DNA of 64,000 bases from Ruditapes philippinarum. Its lineage: Eukaryota. A program made the translations under genes and the position numbers. The DNA lies in NCBI RefSeq assembly GCF_026571515.1, contig NW_026852366.1, forward strand, positions 124,001 through 188,000. Direction: 5' to 3'. Shown piece after piece: positions 25,367 to 37,973 of the stretch (within the stretch, counting starts at the first letter, position 1; every line of letters starts with the position of its first letter). Under the pieces are notes generated by a model that saw nothing but the letters and a program-made list of their open reading frames with translations, made no database searches and was not told where the DNA came from.

Positions 25367-28300
25367 ATGGAAGTTTTGATTTATTTAGGGATATTAAATA
25401 TTTTTCTCCGACAAGGTAATAACATAAGAATTTTTTATTTGTTTATTAATCATAACTTATTAGTTTGTGTTGTAAAATTGTTGACTTGGCGGACCTTGCT
25501 GAATTATTTTTTTTAATTGTGCATCTTAAGGTGTAATAAATTGCTTCAATCTGAATACATCCTAAATAATCTCTGCGCAAATCACCGTTTCCTTGAAGTA
25601 AATGTATATTTTTCAAGATACTTCTTTGATAGCTAACATGAGGTAGAAGCAGGGTTGAAGCAGTACCCCTGTTACCATGACATATATCAATTATGATAAA
25701 AAAGTAAGATCGCTAATTCAATTAGTTATACACAGGGGACGTACCATACTTGGATCGTATTACGTTGTTATAAAAAATAAGTAGAAGATTTCCATATAAG
25801 CTATACCATTTGTTCTTATTTCAGGAGCATCCGCAGCATGCACTTTACCTGAACAATTCCAAAACTCGGTTTGGATCGACAGCGATAAGGAGGAGCTGAC
25901 ATTTAGCACTACCAACATGACAGGGTGGGATTTTCAAACTTTAGGCGTTAGTACCGTGTATGAAGAATGGGAATGTTTCCATACCAGCAATGAAGGTTCA
26001 AAGCTATATCTTATAATGATGTAAGTTAAAAATGTATAGTTTCCCCAAACAAATAATTTGAAATATTTCAGTGTAACTGATGCTTATCTTCAAAGCACGT
26101 TGAAACATTTACTTTTTGTGTGCTTTATTTGTTAATTATTTTGTAATTGAGAGCAATATTACAGAACTTTCTTACTTTATTAACGAACTGTTTTTTTTTA
26201 AATGAGGCAATATAAGGTACGATATGCTTTTGATATAGATATTTTGAACTCTATAACTGTATTACGATTTGGATTTGATATACATGTATATATTTTAGAC
26301 TTATGCTATAATAATGGGGCACGATACTGATAATGTATCTGATAATTTCTAATGGAAAATCACGAGGCTAAAATGCTGCAAATTCATTGGTAGAATTTAT
26401 AAGGTGTTGAATAAATGTTATATCATTAGAGTATATTTCATATTTCAACATGACAAAAATGTCTTACTTACTTGATTTATTTCATTTTTCATTTTAGAAT
26501 TTTTCTCATGCTTCTTTCAATTTAAGTTAAGAATTTGTATTCAGTACAATGCAGATCATATTAAAGCTATATCAAATTACACATCTTTTATGAAATTCAT
26601 AAACCGATAAAATATTTTGTTCGGTTCTTGACAGAATTGTAACTAAAAATCATGGATATGTTACTTACATGTAACACACATGAAATTAGTACGTTAACAG
26701 AATTGAAATAGCTTGGACAAAATAATATATGTTTTCAACCATTTAAAATGATTTTATGCATGTGCCATCCCATTATAAGGAAAACGTTATACAAACACAT
26801 TTCATTCATCAAGGTATTTTAAATGTATTCGTTTCTAAACACTAAATTTGTTAACTCCAGGTGGCAAATGTATGTATGCAGTTGTGTACACTTTAAATCA
26901 AACACCTATGCTTAAACGTAAACTACATGTCATTTTGATAAGTTCAAAAAGTAACATTATTCTTTCACTGATATTCTGTTGCATTTTAATTATGGTAATT
27001 GGACGAGAATAACACACAACTTATTTTATAACAGAATTGCTTTAAGAGTTAAGATTCGCTAGTAGTATATTTTGTCCATGCTTGTTACCGATTTTGCTTA
27101 ATAAAAGTTAAAAAGGGGGCTTAGTTACATTTTCATACAGGAATGGTACGACGAAATCTGTTTTTGGTTTGGGTGAACAATTTCAATTTATAGCATGGAA
27201 AACGATATAACAATGACATTTTCCCGTAAGCACACATTATAACGTACGAAGTACTGCCTTAAATTTATTCATTTAAATGTACTTGAATCAAAGTTGTTTT
27301 TTAATATTCTGGTATGCAACGACTAACAGTTTATGATACAAGAAACTATTAATTGGATTAGATTTTATTATTTATTTCATAAAATTTCGTTTCAGACAAA
27401 CACAGAATATCACAATACTTCAAGAAACATATACAGCTTATTTGTGCATGGAGTTAACGGAAATAACCTCGCAATCATATTATTACTATCTCTTGTGGGG
27501 TAAGTGACAACAACTTAAATTCGAATTGATATGAACATCTGCCTCAAAATCAGATGGATACAGAAAAAGCACAATAATCGCCCATAAGAAATATGAAGTT
27601 TTGTGTCTGAAATGGTACAGGACAAAAGGTCTCATAAAAGTATATTTTATATGTTAAATTACCAATTCATTTAGAAAACAAAGCGTGGGATGAATAGGAA
27701 GTCAATTTGATGGTATAAAGTCCTAAGCACTGCGCCAGTTCATATATTTTGCAGTGTTTAAAAGAACTGTTTAGGTAGAATATGCTATAAACCTTTTGGT
27801 TTCCACTTGTATAAGTCGCGTTTTGTATTTTCATCGCGTGTTTACACCACTTAACATTAGCGGTAAGATGAAAAATATATTCAATATTTATTGGATGAAG
27901 TTGATTTCTAAGTACAAGTTATAACGGGTATGTTTCGCAAAAAAAAAAACTGAGTATATAGCATAATTCATTTCGTCGTTCCAAAAACGAACCTAGACGT
28001 GTGTTTTTGTTTTCTGTTTTAATTTATACCAATGCAATAATTTGTTTCTGAACTAGCGGAAGAGGAAAAATACCGTGAAGAGAGAATATCAACAACGCTA
28101 GCTTCTATGTCGGTATCGGACCCTGTACAGCAGTTATGTTTTACCACAAGTAACGCTGCCCAAGCAGCGGCATATCCGGAAACTGGTGAATATCATATAC
28201 TTGTAAAACAAGGTAAGGCTTTCAAATAGATATAAATGAAACTATGTACTATTACATATATATACATTGTTTGTTAATAAATATATTTCGAAGTCTCTGC

Positions 28301-31300
28301 AGACTAAAATAGAGAAATGTGAATCTCTAAAGAAAGCCCAACACGGCAAAATTGAAAATGTTGCAGGCTCGGTTTGATTGAGCCTGTTCATGGACGGTAC
28401 TGTCAAGTGCAAACTACCGTCCACGCCCCCCTAGCACTGGCTTAAGCAGAATTCAACGTTTAACATGAAGTGACACCGTCAAACTTTGCATGGGATTTTC
28501 TTAACATGTGTCTGTAACAAAAATAGTTAAATATACTTTTGTTTTATAACCATTACATGGAAAGTCTAACCTCTCGTCATGTTCCAGGCATTGTGTTGAC
28601 CGATATGTATTACATGTATGTGAACAAATAAATGTGAACCACTAGAAACTTCTGCTAGCATCGAAGGAAAAATGTTCCTCGAATATTTGCTTGTGATTGA
28701 TACCCCCATCTCCCCAAAATAAATTTCGGACGGATCAAGTGTTATAATATGTGCCGCGTCATGACAAAACCAACATAACGGGTTTGCGCAGTCTGATCAG
28801 GATCCATGCTGTTCGCTATCACTTTCTCTACTTGTAATAGGGCTTGTAAGCGAACAGCATGGATCCTGATCAGACTTCGCGGATGCGCAGGCTTGTCTGG
28901 ATTCATGCTGGTCGCAAACGCATTACGATGGTTTTGTCGTGACGCGGCTCAATTATTTGGAATTGCAATAGAGGTATTGGCATGCATACTTAGTCTAGTA
29001 CTTTGAGTGAATACGACGTGCTCAAATTCAGACAGAAAGTAGTGACTTTAGGTATCAGAATATAAACATTTTCAAATATCGGTGAACGATTTTAACTCTC
29101 TATTATATATAAAAAAATAATCACACATTGTATATCATTTCATATGTTTAAGAATATTATAATCATTTATTGCTAAGGAAGTGAAGTTGCTGCAAAACAA
29201 GAATGTCCATCGACTTTTTTCGGAGAATATTTTTACACAGTAACAAATAAAGACACTAATACAGACTACTGTGGGACTGGTAGCGAAGTTTGGGATGTTT
29301 GTACAGATTACGAGAAAATGTCATTCAACTACACAATTTGCAGTACTCAGATTTCATATTCTGGTAATATGTTAGGCATAGCATTTAATTTACATTTTAA
29401 AATCAATATTTTTATAAATGTAAGATTATTTAGTTAAACATGATATGCTGTGTCTAGTTTGAAGTGCTCACTGTCAACTAACTTATTTGAGCTGTGATCT
29501 ACTAGAAATCTGTATTTTACTTTAGTTAGTGGTTTGATTCACCCCATCAATCACCTTTTACTGGTCGTTTCTGTGTAGATTAGTGAAAGAAGGTTTCTTT
29601 TTTAAACAATAAATACATTTTAAACAATATTATCGTAGGGTCTACCTTTATGCAGACAAGGAGGGCGTTAAACCCTTCAAAATGTTTTGTTTCCTGTCTA
29701 TATCAACCAAGAGTGTTTAAATTATGCTGAATACTTAATTTTCTTGAATATGAACTACCTACAATTATGTAGTGTGTATTCCTTATTCAATGCATTTATC
29801 GCTTTTTTCGGTCATACAATATTTACCTTCTTCGGAAGAGAATGATGATTCTAAATCAACGTAATGTTTGTAGCCATTTCTAAGAAGATGAGTATTTTAA
29901 GTTCAACCAATGCGATTAATGTGTCTATTTCTTGATCATTGTTATGTCTAATGTCTATTCCAGTGAGTTTTTATTTTCATCGCCTTAAATTTTTGACACC
30001 ATCACATTTATTTCTTTTGGGCATACGTGATTTTTTCTGGTTTGGATATCACTGTAAAGGTAAACGGCGACTCTCAAGGAAGACATCAGGTGCCCCTCCC
30101 TTATTGTTTCATGCACGAGCAGAAACCTCTGTAAAACCTCAGTGAAACAAGCCCTCTGGTTAACTAGATGGATAGCGCTTCACATGTAAGACTCAAAAGG
30201 TCCTTATGGGGTTTCAAACCCGAAGCCATAAGGGGATAATTGCTCGAAATCAACGAACAGTTGGCCACCAAAGCACATGTTTTTCAAATTTCAATTTTTA
30301 TCACATCATAACAATATTATGATAATCTTCTCGTTATTTATTTGTCTTGTAATTTCATTTTAAGAAAATGGCAGTGTGTTTTGTGTGTTCAGTTTGACAT
30401 CTGGTAGCTACACATATCACACAGTGTATAATGAAGATAATACTGTGAACCCTTCAGGTGGCACACATAGGTTTACATGTATGGTGAGTGACTTAATGAT
30501 TGTAAATCTTTTCATTAAGAAAATGTATACATGTATACATGTATACTGTTTCTCATTAAGATGTTTTGACGGACATTTCATGATGTCAATCAAAATATAT
30601 AACTTATTTTAGTAACTGTAGTTAAGTGTATCATCGGCATATTTTATTCCTACATACTTTCGCAGATACAAAAATTTGCTTTTTTCATAAGGATCGTTTT
30701 CGCGGAGAGAAGTTTTCGCTCATTAATAGTGACTGTGATATTTCATATATTTTAAACAACTCGTTACAAGAAATATCGGCCATCAACCTGTAAATTATGT
30801 AGATATTAATGCAATACTCGTAATCGTTGGGTCTTGAAAAAAATGAAAACACTTTCACGGTTTTTGACATACAGTGTATAAGTAATTGAGATGATTCATT
30901 AATCAGTAAAAGTCATTTTTCTGCCGTGTGTTTCAAATAATGTCATGTTTCTTTTATTACGTTATGAAACAAACGCACAAAAAGAAAATTACTTCTTAGA
31001 TATATGGCAATATACGCTTACAATAAAATCATCAGGATAAACTTCTTACATATTCTCATAATGATAATTCATATCCATCTATAGGTATCCTCTATAGCAA
31101 CTAATGGAAGTTTAACTGTCTCACAAACTCCAGGCAGCTGTAAAAAGGGTCAAACACCAATCGATCAACCATTGCAGGCATATCAAAACACTCCTGATGG
31201 GCTGAACATGCAGCTTACACCAAGAAGTAAGAGTAATTCAATGTCTATCAAAATCGTCTTAGGATTGAAAATGTTCTAGACTCCTAAATAAAATAGGTCT

Positions 31301-34300
31301 TAAAAATAGATACCGGTAAAATAAAAAATCTTAAAGAATGTACACATGGCTGAATTGGAAAAAAACTGATTAAGTCTGTACTTGGATAGAAGTCGTTAAT
31401 GCACTCACCCTAACACCGGCTTAAGCAGAATGCAATGGAATGTTTAAGTATGGAATAAATAAATCGTATGCACAAAAAATGGTTCATTTTTGCTTAGTTA
31501 GAAAAAAAATCTGTAAACAAAGTGATCCCTCGGAATCATTTAGCACAACAAAATTACAAGAGAATAGCAGACTAGGTTTGATTGAGTATGTACATGAGGG
31601 ATAATGAATAAGTGCAACATCCCTCACGACCCCGAGCACCGGCTTGAGCGGTACTCAAATCTCAACACTTAATTGTGCTGGCATCAATGATCCCGAAGGA
31701 CAAGAGAAATATAACACCTGCTGTTGTGAAGTATAAAAATCTGGAAACAAAGTGATCCCTCGGAAGCATTAATCACAACAAAATTACAAGAGAATAGCAG
31801 ACTTGGTTTGATCCCTCACGCCCCATAGCACCGGCTTCAGTGGTATTCAATTCTCAACAATAATAGTGCTGGCATACCATAAAGCAATTGCGTTATTTCA
31901 CAAAATAAGTAATAAAAAGAGCATCGAAACACAAGGCTATCTGATTTTTACGAGGGGGCGTATCCCCCGAGTATTAATCAGATTGCCGAGTGTTTTGATG
32001 TTCTTTCTCTTTTGAATCATAGTCAAACATATAATCACGTTCCCTGTTGTCACAATATGAAACTCCAGAAAACAATAACCAATGAACGAGCATCTTAATA
32101 TTATATTTCTATTGCTTCTCCTTTCTCTGCCGTCACAATAAGTAAACCCCAGCAAAAATGAACCAATCAATGGACATGCTCTGGAGTGCGGGTAGCTAAT
32201 AGTACTGCACTCCAGTTAACACAATGTGCATGTATATATGTATACGATTTAACTCTGACACATTTTCAACAGAAAGGTCCTAAAACTATGATACAATTTT
32301 AGTTAGTTATTATTTAAGTTTTATTAGGAAACTGGTACTATATGTAACGATGTCTTTCATAAGCTTTAAAATTGTTTATTTTTCTCTTTCAATGCAGGGT
32401 TATGTCGTGAGTAACATTTTATTACATCCTCTCATCTTTTGTTATGAAAATAATGACACGCCTTCAAGATTAATCAACTTATAAAAATCATATATGTTAA
32501 AATCAAACCTGTTCTCCCTCATGCGTCATAAATATTCTAGACATTATGATTATACAAAATGTATTAACAATGTTAAAAGACAGCTTCGCAAAATTATCGT
32601 TTCTCCATATTTCTTTTGTGTAATTCTTATTATGAAAAAATAACTTTAATTCCAAACCTTTTTCAATAGCTAAAACAGACGAAAGTAGTAGTAGCGGGTT
32701 GTCAACTGGTGCAATAGTCGGCATCGTTTTTGGCATTCTCGTTTTAATAGCAGCCGTTATTCTGATGTGTCTGTTGTGTAAAAGAAAGAAAGGGAAACAG
32801 AATAAGAAAGAACAAGAAAATGAAAACGTGAACACTGTAGAATCGCCGAGGTCTAAGAAACGTATGTACGAGCAGACATTGCAACAACATTACAATTAGT
32901 TTGAGTGTCTATTAAGTAAATAAGTAGTATGCACGCGTATAGTGACAACATATAGAGCAAACATTTAGAAAAGTAGTCCACACTGAAAATAAAGCTTGAA
33001 TTTAGAATAAAACAGCTTAGTTGAAATCAATTTTCATTTTATCAATACAACTGTTTCTATTCACGAAATTAGTCGAATTTTGTGTTTTTAGTCCGAATTA
33101 ACCTAAAAATAGTTACACTATACATTTGGTTTGACTCTATAAAGGGTTTTTCTATTTTGATTTTATGAGGTGACAGTCCGGACATTTTGCACAGATCAAC
33201 AATAATAAAGTAAGACATTTAAACTTGCACCATTTGCTTACGGAATTTGGTTGCACATGGAAATTGTGAAGTATTCCTTTATAATGCCTTGTTTCACATA
33301 CGAAAAGATTTAGTATCATTAATATTGCAGTGTGTATTTTCTTTTCAATTCATTTAAATATATTTACTTATTAATACTCCGTAACTTTTTAACAAATAAT
33401 TATTAATGTTTTGTTTTATACTGTATGAAAGAAGCATATCATTTACACGATATTAGCACTGCTAGCATGACAGGTATACATGTAATATGAAAAACAAAAA
33501 TTGTATTTGTCATTTTCAACTTAGTTTAACCAAATGCATAGTAATTTGATAACTGTGCATCTTACACACTTTCCGTTCAATGCATGAGCTGGTTCTCATA
33601 CTGCGTTTATTGCTTATCTAAGTACATATGTAGGATAAAACAAATATAATTTACCCTTAAACTTTTTTTATTTTTATTCTAGTTTCAGTTGATATTGACA
33701 ATATACCTCATCAAAGGTCACCTCTCTGGGTTAACGGACCACAAGGAATAGCCCCTATTGAAACAAAGTATAATGGCGATCACAGAATTTCAAAATCTCC
33801 AGTATTAGACAAACAATACAATCCCTTTTCAGTGTTTCCATTTGGTAAAGGAAAGAAAAGTAAACAAGAAGACACGCAAAACGGACATGAACTAACTGTC
33901 TTTCAATTAGATGGAAATGATAACATCAAGGAGTATCCTTTGAGTAAAGAGAAAAATATACCAAATGACACCAATTTGTCTGACAGTCAAAAATTGAAAA
34001 CAATTACAATGGCTAATAACCAAAAGTCAGAAAGACTTTCTATTGAAGATTTAGAAAATAATAAAGTTATACCGACAAGACCGGACAATTATGCAATGCC
34101 TGTTTTGAGGGCAGAGACAAGTGACAAAGATAGTTCTCAGATATTTCAAACAGGAAGCAATGGTAACACATCAAGAAATTCAAATGTAACACCGAAAGCT
34201 ATTGTGTTACAAACAGATGATAATGCGATATATCCGTCACATACTCAACTTTCATCGCATACTCCAAAAGTTAATTGCGAGAAACAATCAAAGGAAGCTA

Positions 34301-34434
34301 AAATATGTCGTACAAAAATTGACCTTAACGACAGCGAGGTTGCAACCCTTTCTCAAAGACCCTATAAACAGCAGAGTTTAGGATTATCAACAGCAAACCA
34401 AGTAAGAGAATATCAATTACCCCTGTTTTGGTAA
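25367..34434 (+). CDS. Gene E: 10-exon type I membrane receptor-like protein with the same ectodomain as D and an unrelated cytoplasmic tail
   Basis: Exons 25367-25415 (MEVLIYLGILNIFLRQ), 25825-26020, 27396-27499, 28057-28212, 29178-29363, 30365-30483, 31085-31226, 32398-32406, 32670-32861 (TM GAIVGIVFGILVLIAAVILMCLLCKRK) and 33683-34434. 634 aa as assembled; the last exon probably runs on to ~35331. Confidence 0.85.
28295..28470 (-). mobile_element. Copy of the V-SINE-like 3' repeat
   Basis: Reverse complement of 1445-1606. Confidence 0.7.
28751..28950. mobile_element. 200-bp MITE (Sola2-like GAG terminus)
   Basis: TIRs gtgccgcgtcatgacaaaacc / ggttttgtcgtgacgcggctc, a long internal IR (agtctgatcaggatccatgctgttcgct) and AT-rich 4-bp flanks. 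Confidence 0.75.
30040..30270 (-). mobile_element. Degenerate copy of the tRNA-derived SINE
   Basis: ggaagacatcaggtgcccctcc and ggatagcgcttcacatg are reverse complements of the SINE body at 4750-5030. Confidence 0.6.
31508..31875. repeat. Local direct duplication containing SINE-related fragments
   Basis: aaacaaagtgatccctcggaa.catt...caacaaaattacaagagaatagcagact occurs at 31515 and 31745; both are followed by an agcaccggctt motif. Confidence 0.7.
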
Positions 34435-34869
34435 CGGAAAAGTTTAAAAAAACGAAAATGAAAAACCTGAAAAAAAGACTGGAAAGCTTCTAAGGGAAAC
34501 CCCAAAAACAAGCGGAGAAAGTGACACAGTCCTAAAATTGTCAAAAAAAATGGAAAAAGAAAGTATAAAAAGTGTCGAAAAAAAAATCACCGGGAGGGGA
34601 GAAATGGGTGAGCAAACCTTTGAAAAAGAGGGAAAAAAACAAAATTACGGTTTTTTCAAGAGTTAAAAAAAATCTGAAAAAAACTAAAAAGCCCAAAAAT
34701 CGTCACAAAATTCCAAAACCCAAAAAGAAAAACTAAAAAAGAGGGGGCCAAACTCTCAATGATTTATTTAAATCAAAGTCCCGTTGGTTTCATTAAAAAA
34801 ATTTAAAAAAAGGGAAAATTTTCAACGAAGAATCCCAAAAATCACTGAAAAAACCCAATCTTATTTGAA

Positions 34870-35331
34870 TATATCGGAAAATGATAATTCAGGTATATGC
34901 TACGACGATGATAACGAGAAAGCAAGAGTTTAGGGTATTGGAATGATGATTCGTTGGGCAGGCAAATGAGAACGGCGATATTCGAAGAGAGTAGAATAAA
35001 AAACGCCATATGACATTGAGACTGGGCTCTAGGTTCGACTGACGATACAGAAAATGATCTCCACTTGACACTAGATACTGCAATTTTTCCGAAAGGAACA
35101 GTCAGTGCTAGAACTGTAAGTGCCATCACAAGCAGGATTGACAGCAGAGGTGCAAAGTATTTCATCGAAAACGAATCAGCTTCTATTGTTATACAAGTAA
35201 AAGCAGAGGATGTACCAGAAGATTTTGGAGTTGATTATCTTACAGGCGATACACATACAAAGGATGACGAGGAACATGTCACCTTCGAAGAAGATGACGA
35301 CGAGGGGGAAGATGAAAGTATGAAAATTTAG
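34870..35331 (+). CDS. Probable acidic C-terminal continuation of the last exon of gene E
   Basis: Coding-like sequence with ORF 35065-35331 (…HVTFEEDDDEGEDESMKI*), separated from 33683-34434 by a homopolymer-inflated, Lys-rich stretch. Confidence 0.5.
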
Positions 35332-37973
35332 GAGAAACGGGAAAATAATTGGGCGAAATTTGAGGAAAACCCAAAAGAAGGTTTGTAAAAATGCCGTTTG
35401 GAAAAAAACTATGTCTGTTCTTTTTCGGAACAACAAAAGGAGAGGATGTGAAAATTTCCGGGTAGGGTGGTCCTTAAATGACTATGAAAATAATTTAAAA
35501 CAATTAAAAATGGGCCAAAAATTTTTCAAGCCTTCCCCTGCTTTCGTTTTTTTAAACCCAAAATAAAACTATTAAAAAAAAGGGGGATATTTTTTTCTCA
35601 TTAAATTTTTAAAAAGTAAGAGTTTTTTTGGGAAATTTAAAATTTCCCCAGTTAAAACTCAGTTTCCCCTGTTTGCCTAATTGGGAAAAGAAACTACTTT
35701 TGTACAGCAAAAATGAAATTTATGCGTTATATGTGACTTAAGTATATATAGGCGGTTTGAATCAATCTGTAATTAGTTGTATTGTTATTTACAAAGTGAA
35801 GTTAGTCACAATAGGCAAGAAGTTATTTATAGTCATTTTATGTAAAGTTAATATTTTAATAGAAAAATATACATGTTTGTTTATTTGTTTTTGTTGTTGT
35901 TGGTGTTGTTTTCTAGGATCACCTCATCATCAAAAACAGAGACAGAAAAAGGAAGAAACCCACAAAACTTTAAATATGTTCTCTATAATCATATTAAATT
36001 TACTTGTTGTACCCCTATGATCCCTATATCTACATTTCTCTACCACAAAATAACTTCACTTAAGTTTGTTGACATGACTGGACTTTTTTCTAGATATTTA
36101 TATTAAAATGATCTCGAGATTTATGTTCCATTTGTTCTAAGTCTGACAAAAAATGTTTGTGCAAAATCTCCGATCATTCGGGTTTTTTTTCCAAGAGTTA
36201 TTATTATATTTATTTATATTTATTATTATTATAAATATGAAAAGATGACACAAAACGGGATATGAATAGCACAAAAATACAATCTGAGTATATTTCTTAG
36301 TAATACTTTTCATGGCTATGTGATTTAAAGTGTGTATGTAAAAAAATTGATTGTTACCCTTTTTAGCGTTTTAACCCCAGTGGGGGAAAGAATTTCTTAA
36401 AATTTTAGTGGACATTTAAAGGTACAGAAAATAAAAAAAAACAAAAACCAAACCCTTCAGAAAATTTGTTTATTTTTAGTTTCTAAGTAGCCCTAGGTTA
36501 AAAATTAAACGAAATACCGAAACCCTTCTTGTTTTATTCAAAACTACGTATTTTGGGGGGGCTTATCCAAATTTTTGACGGGAAATTTGGGGGAGATGGC
36601 CCCAACCTTTCTAATTCCTTATTTCACTTTTTGGGTTTCGGAATTTTTAGGCCGAGCGGTCTGAAAAGGGCGGACCATACCAAAACGGACAGTATGTCGG
36701 GACAGGGCGGTCCGTGTTTTTCGGACAGGGCACTTTATCTAACTTATTCATTAAGACACAGATTATATACAAATATATCAATATATGCACATGGCAGTAT
36801 AAGTTTAAACAATGTTCTTTACATTTATAACACATAACAATTAAGATTTTTCTATTAGAATCCTCATTATCGGAAATCACAAAAACAAACAGACAATGTA
36901 ACTCGGATGCGTCTAGATGCAATGTAACAAGTTCAGCGCTTTAAAATGGAAAGATGCGATTAAAAAGAGATCGATCCAATATAAATTATTAAAATGAATT
37001 TCTACCAATGTACTAAACTGTAAACATTGATATCTGAAGTCTGCCAACCCCAGATTGGCCGGATGAAATCTGTTTCGTTGGTAAATTTTGACACTAGTGG
37101 TGCTAAATTTTCTGTAATTGGGGACACTTTTTCCTTGAGTTTGTCGGGTGTACAAAAACATTATTTATCTCCAAAACCCCCCTAGAAAGTTTAAAATCAT
37201 CCCTTGGGAAAGCCCGATCATGGCCAAAATACTTAGCTTCTTTGGTTGGTTTAAACCTATTTTATTCCCGAATATTTTGCATGTGCCAAAATAAACATTT
37301 TCAACAATTACAATTTTGGCTGAAAGCAAAATTTTGAGAATGTTATCTGAGCTTTTAAATATAAAACAACCGGGGAAAACAATCTTATTTTTCTGGGAAA
37401 AGGCCCTTTGCTGGAGTTTTTTTTTCCACAAAATTACTGTATTTTTACATTTTTTAGTGTATCCCTGTGCTTAATTTCCAATTTTACCCTTTTTCCCCCT
37501 CTTTTTTTAAAAAAAAAAAAAAAAAGAAAATAAGAAACCCTAAAGAAAGCCCAACGCGGCCCCCCAGCACCGGCTTAAAACAGAAATTTTAAATTTAAAA
37601 AGAAAAGGTACTTTTGAATTTTTAAACATCCGCAGATGGTTTTTCATACAGGGGGTTATCATGGAACCTTTTAAAGGACACAGAGTGGCCCCTTCCATGA
37701 AAAACGGCCCTAAAATGGGTTTTCCCCAAAATCGTGGGTTTATAAACCTTTGATTACATAATCTTTTTTTTATTTTTTTTCTTTTTAGTTGGGTTAAGTG
37801 CCAAAACGATTTTTGGGTGACAAAACCAACATGGCCATTTTGAAACCAAAATACTTTAAAATTTTCTGTCATTTTCAATAAATTTGGCCCCTTTTTTAAA
37901 ATCTTTTGATCAATTTAAATTCTTTGTTTAAAGTTAAAATCCCTTTATATAAAAAAGTAGGAAAAAAACTAGA

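Noticed and set aside
35330-37960. Cluster of 70-110 aa ORFs and G/C homopolymer runs
   Set aside because: Low-quality consensus: the repeat copy at 37540-37740 is visibly distorted relative to 1320-1480, and there are no recognisable motifs.
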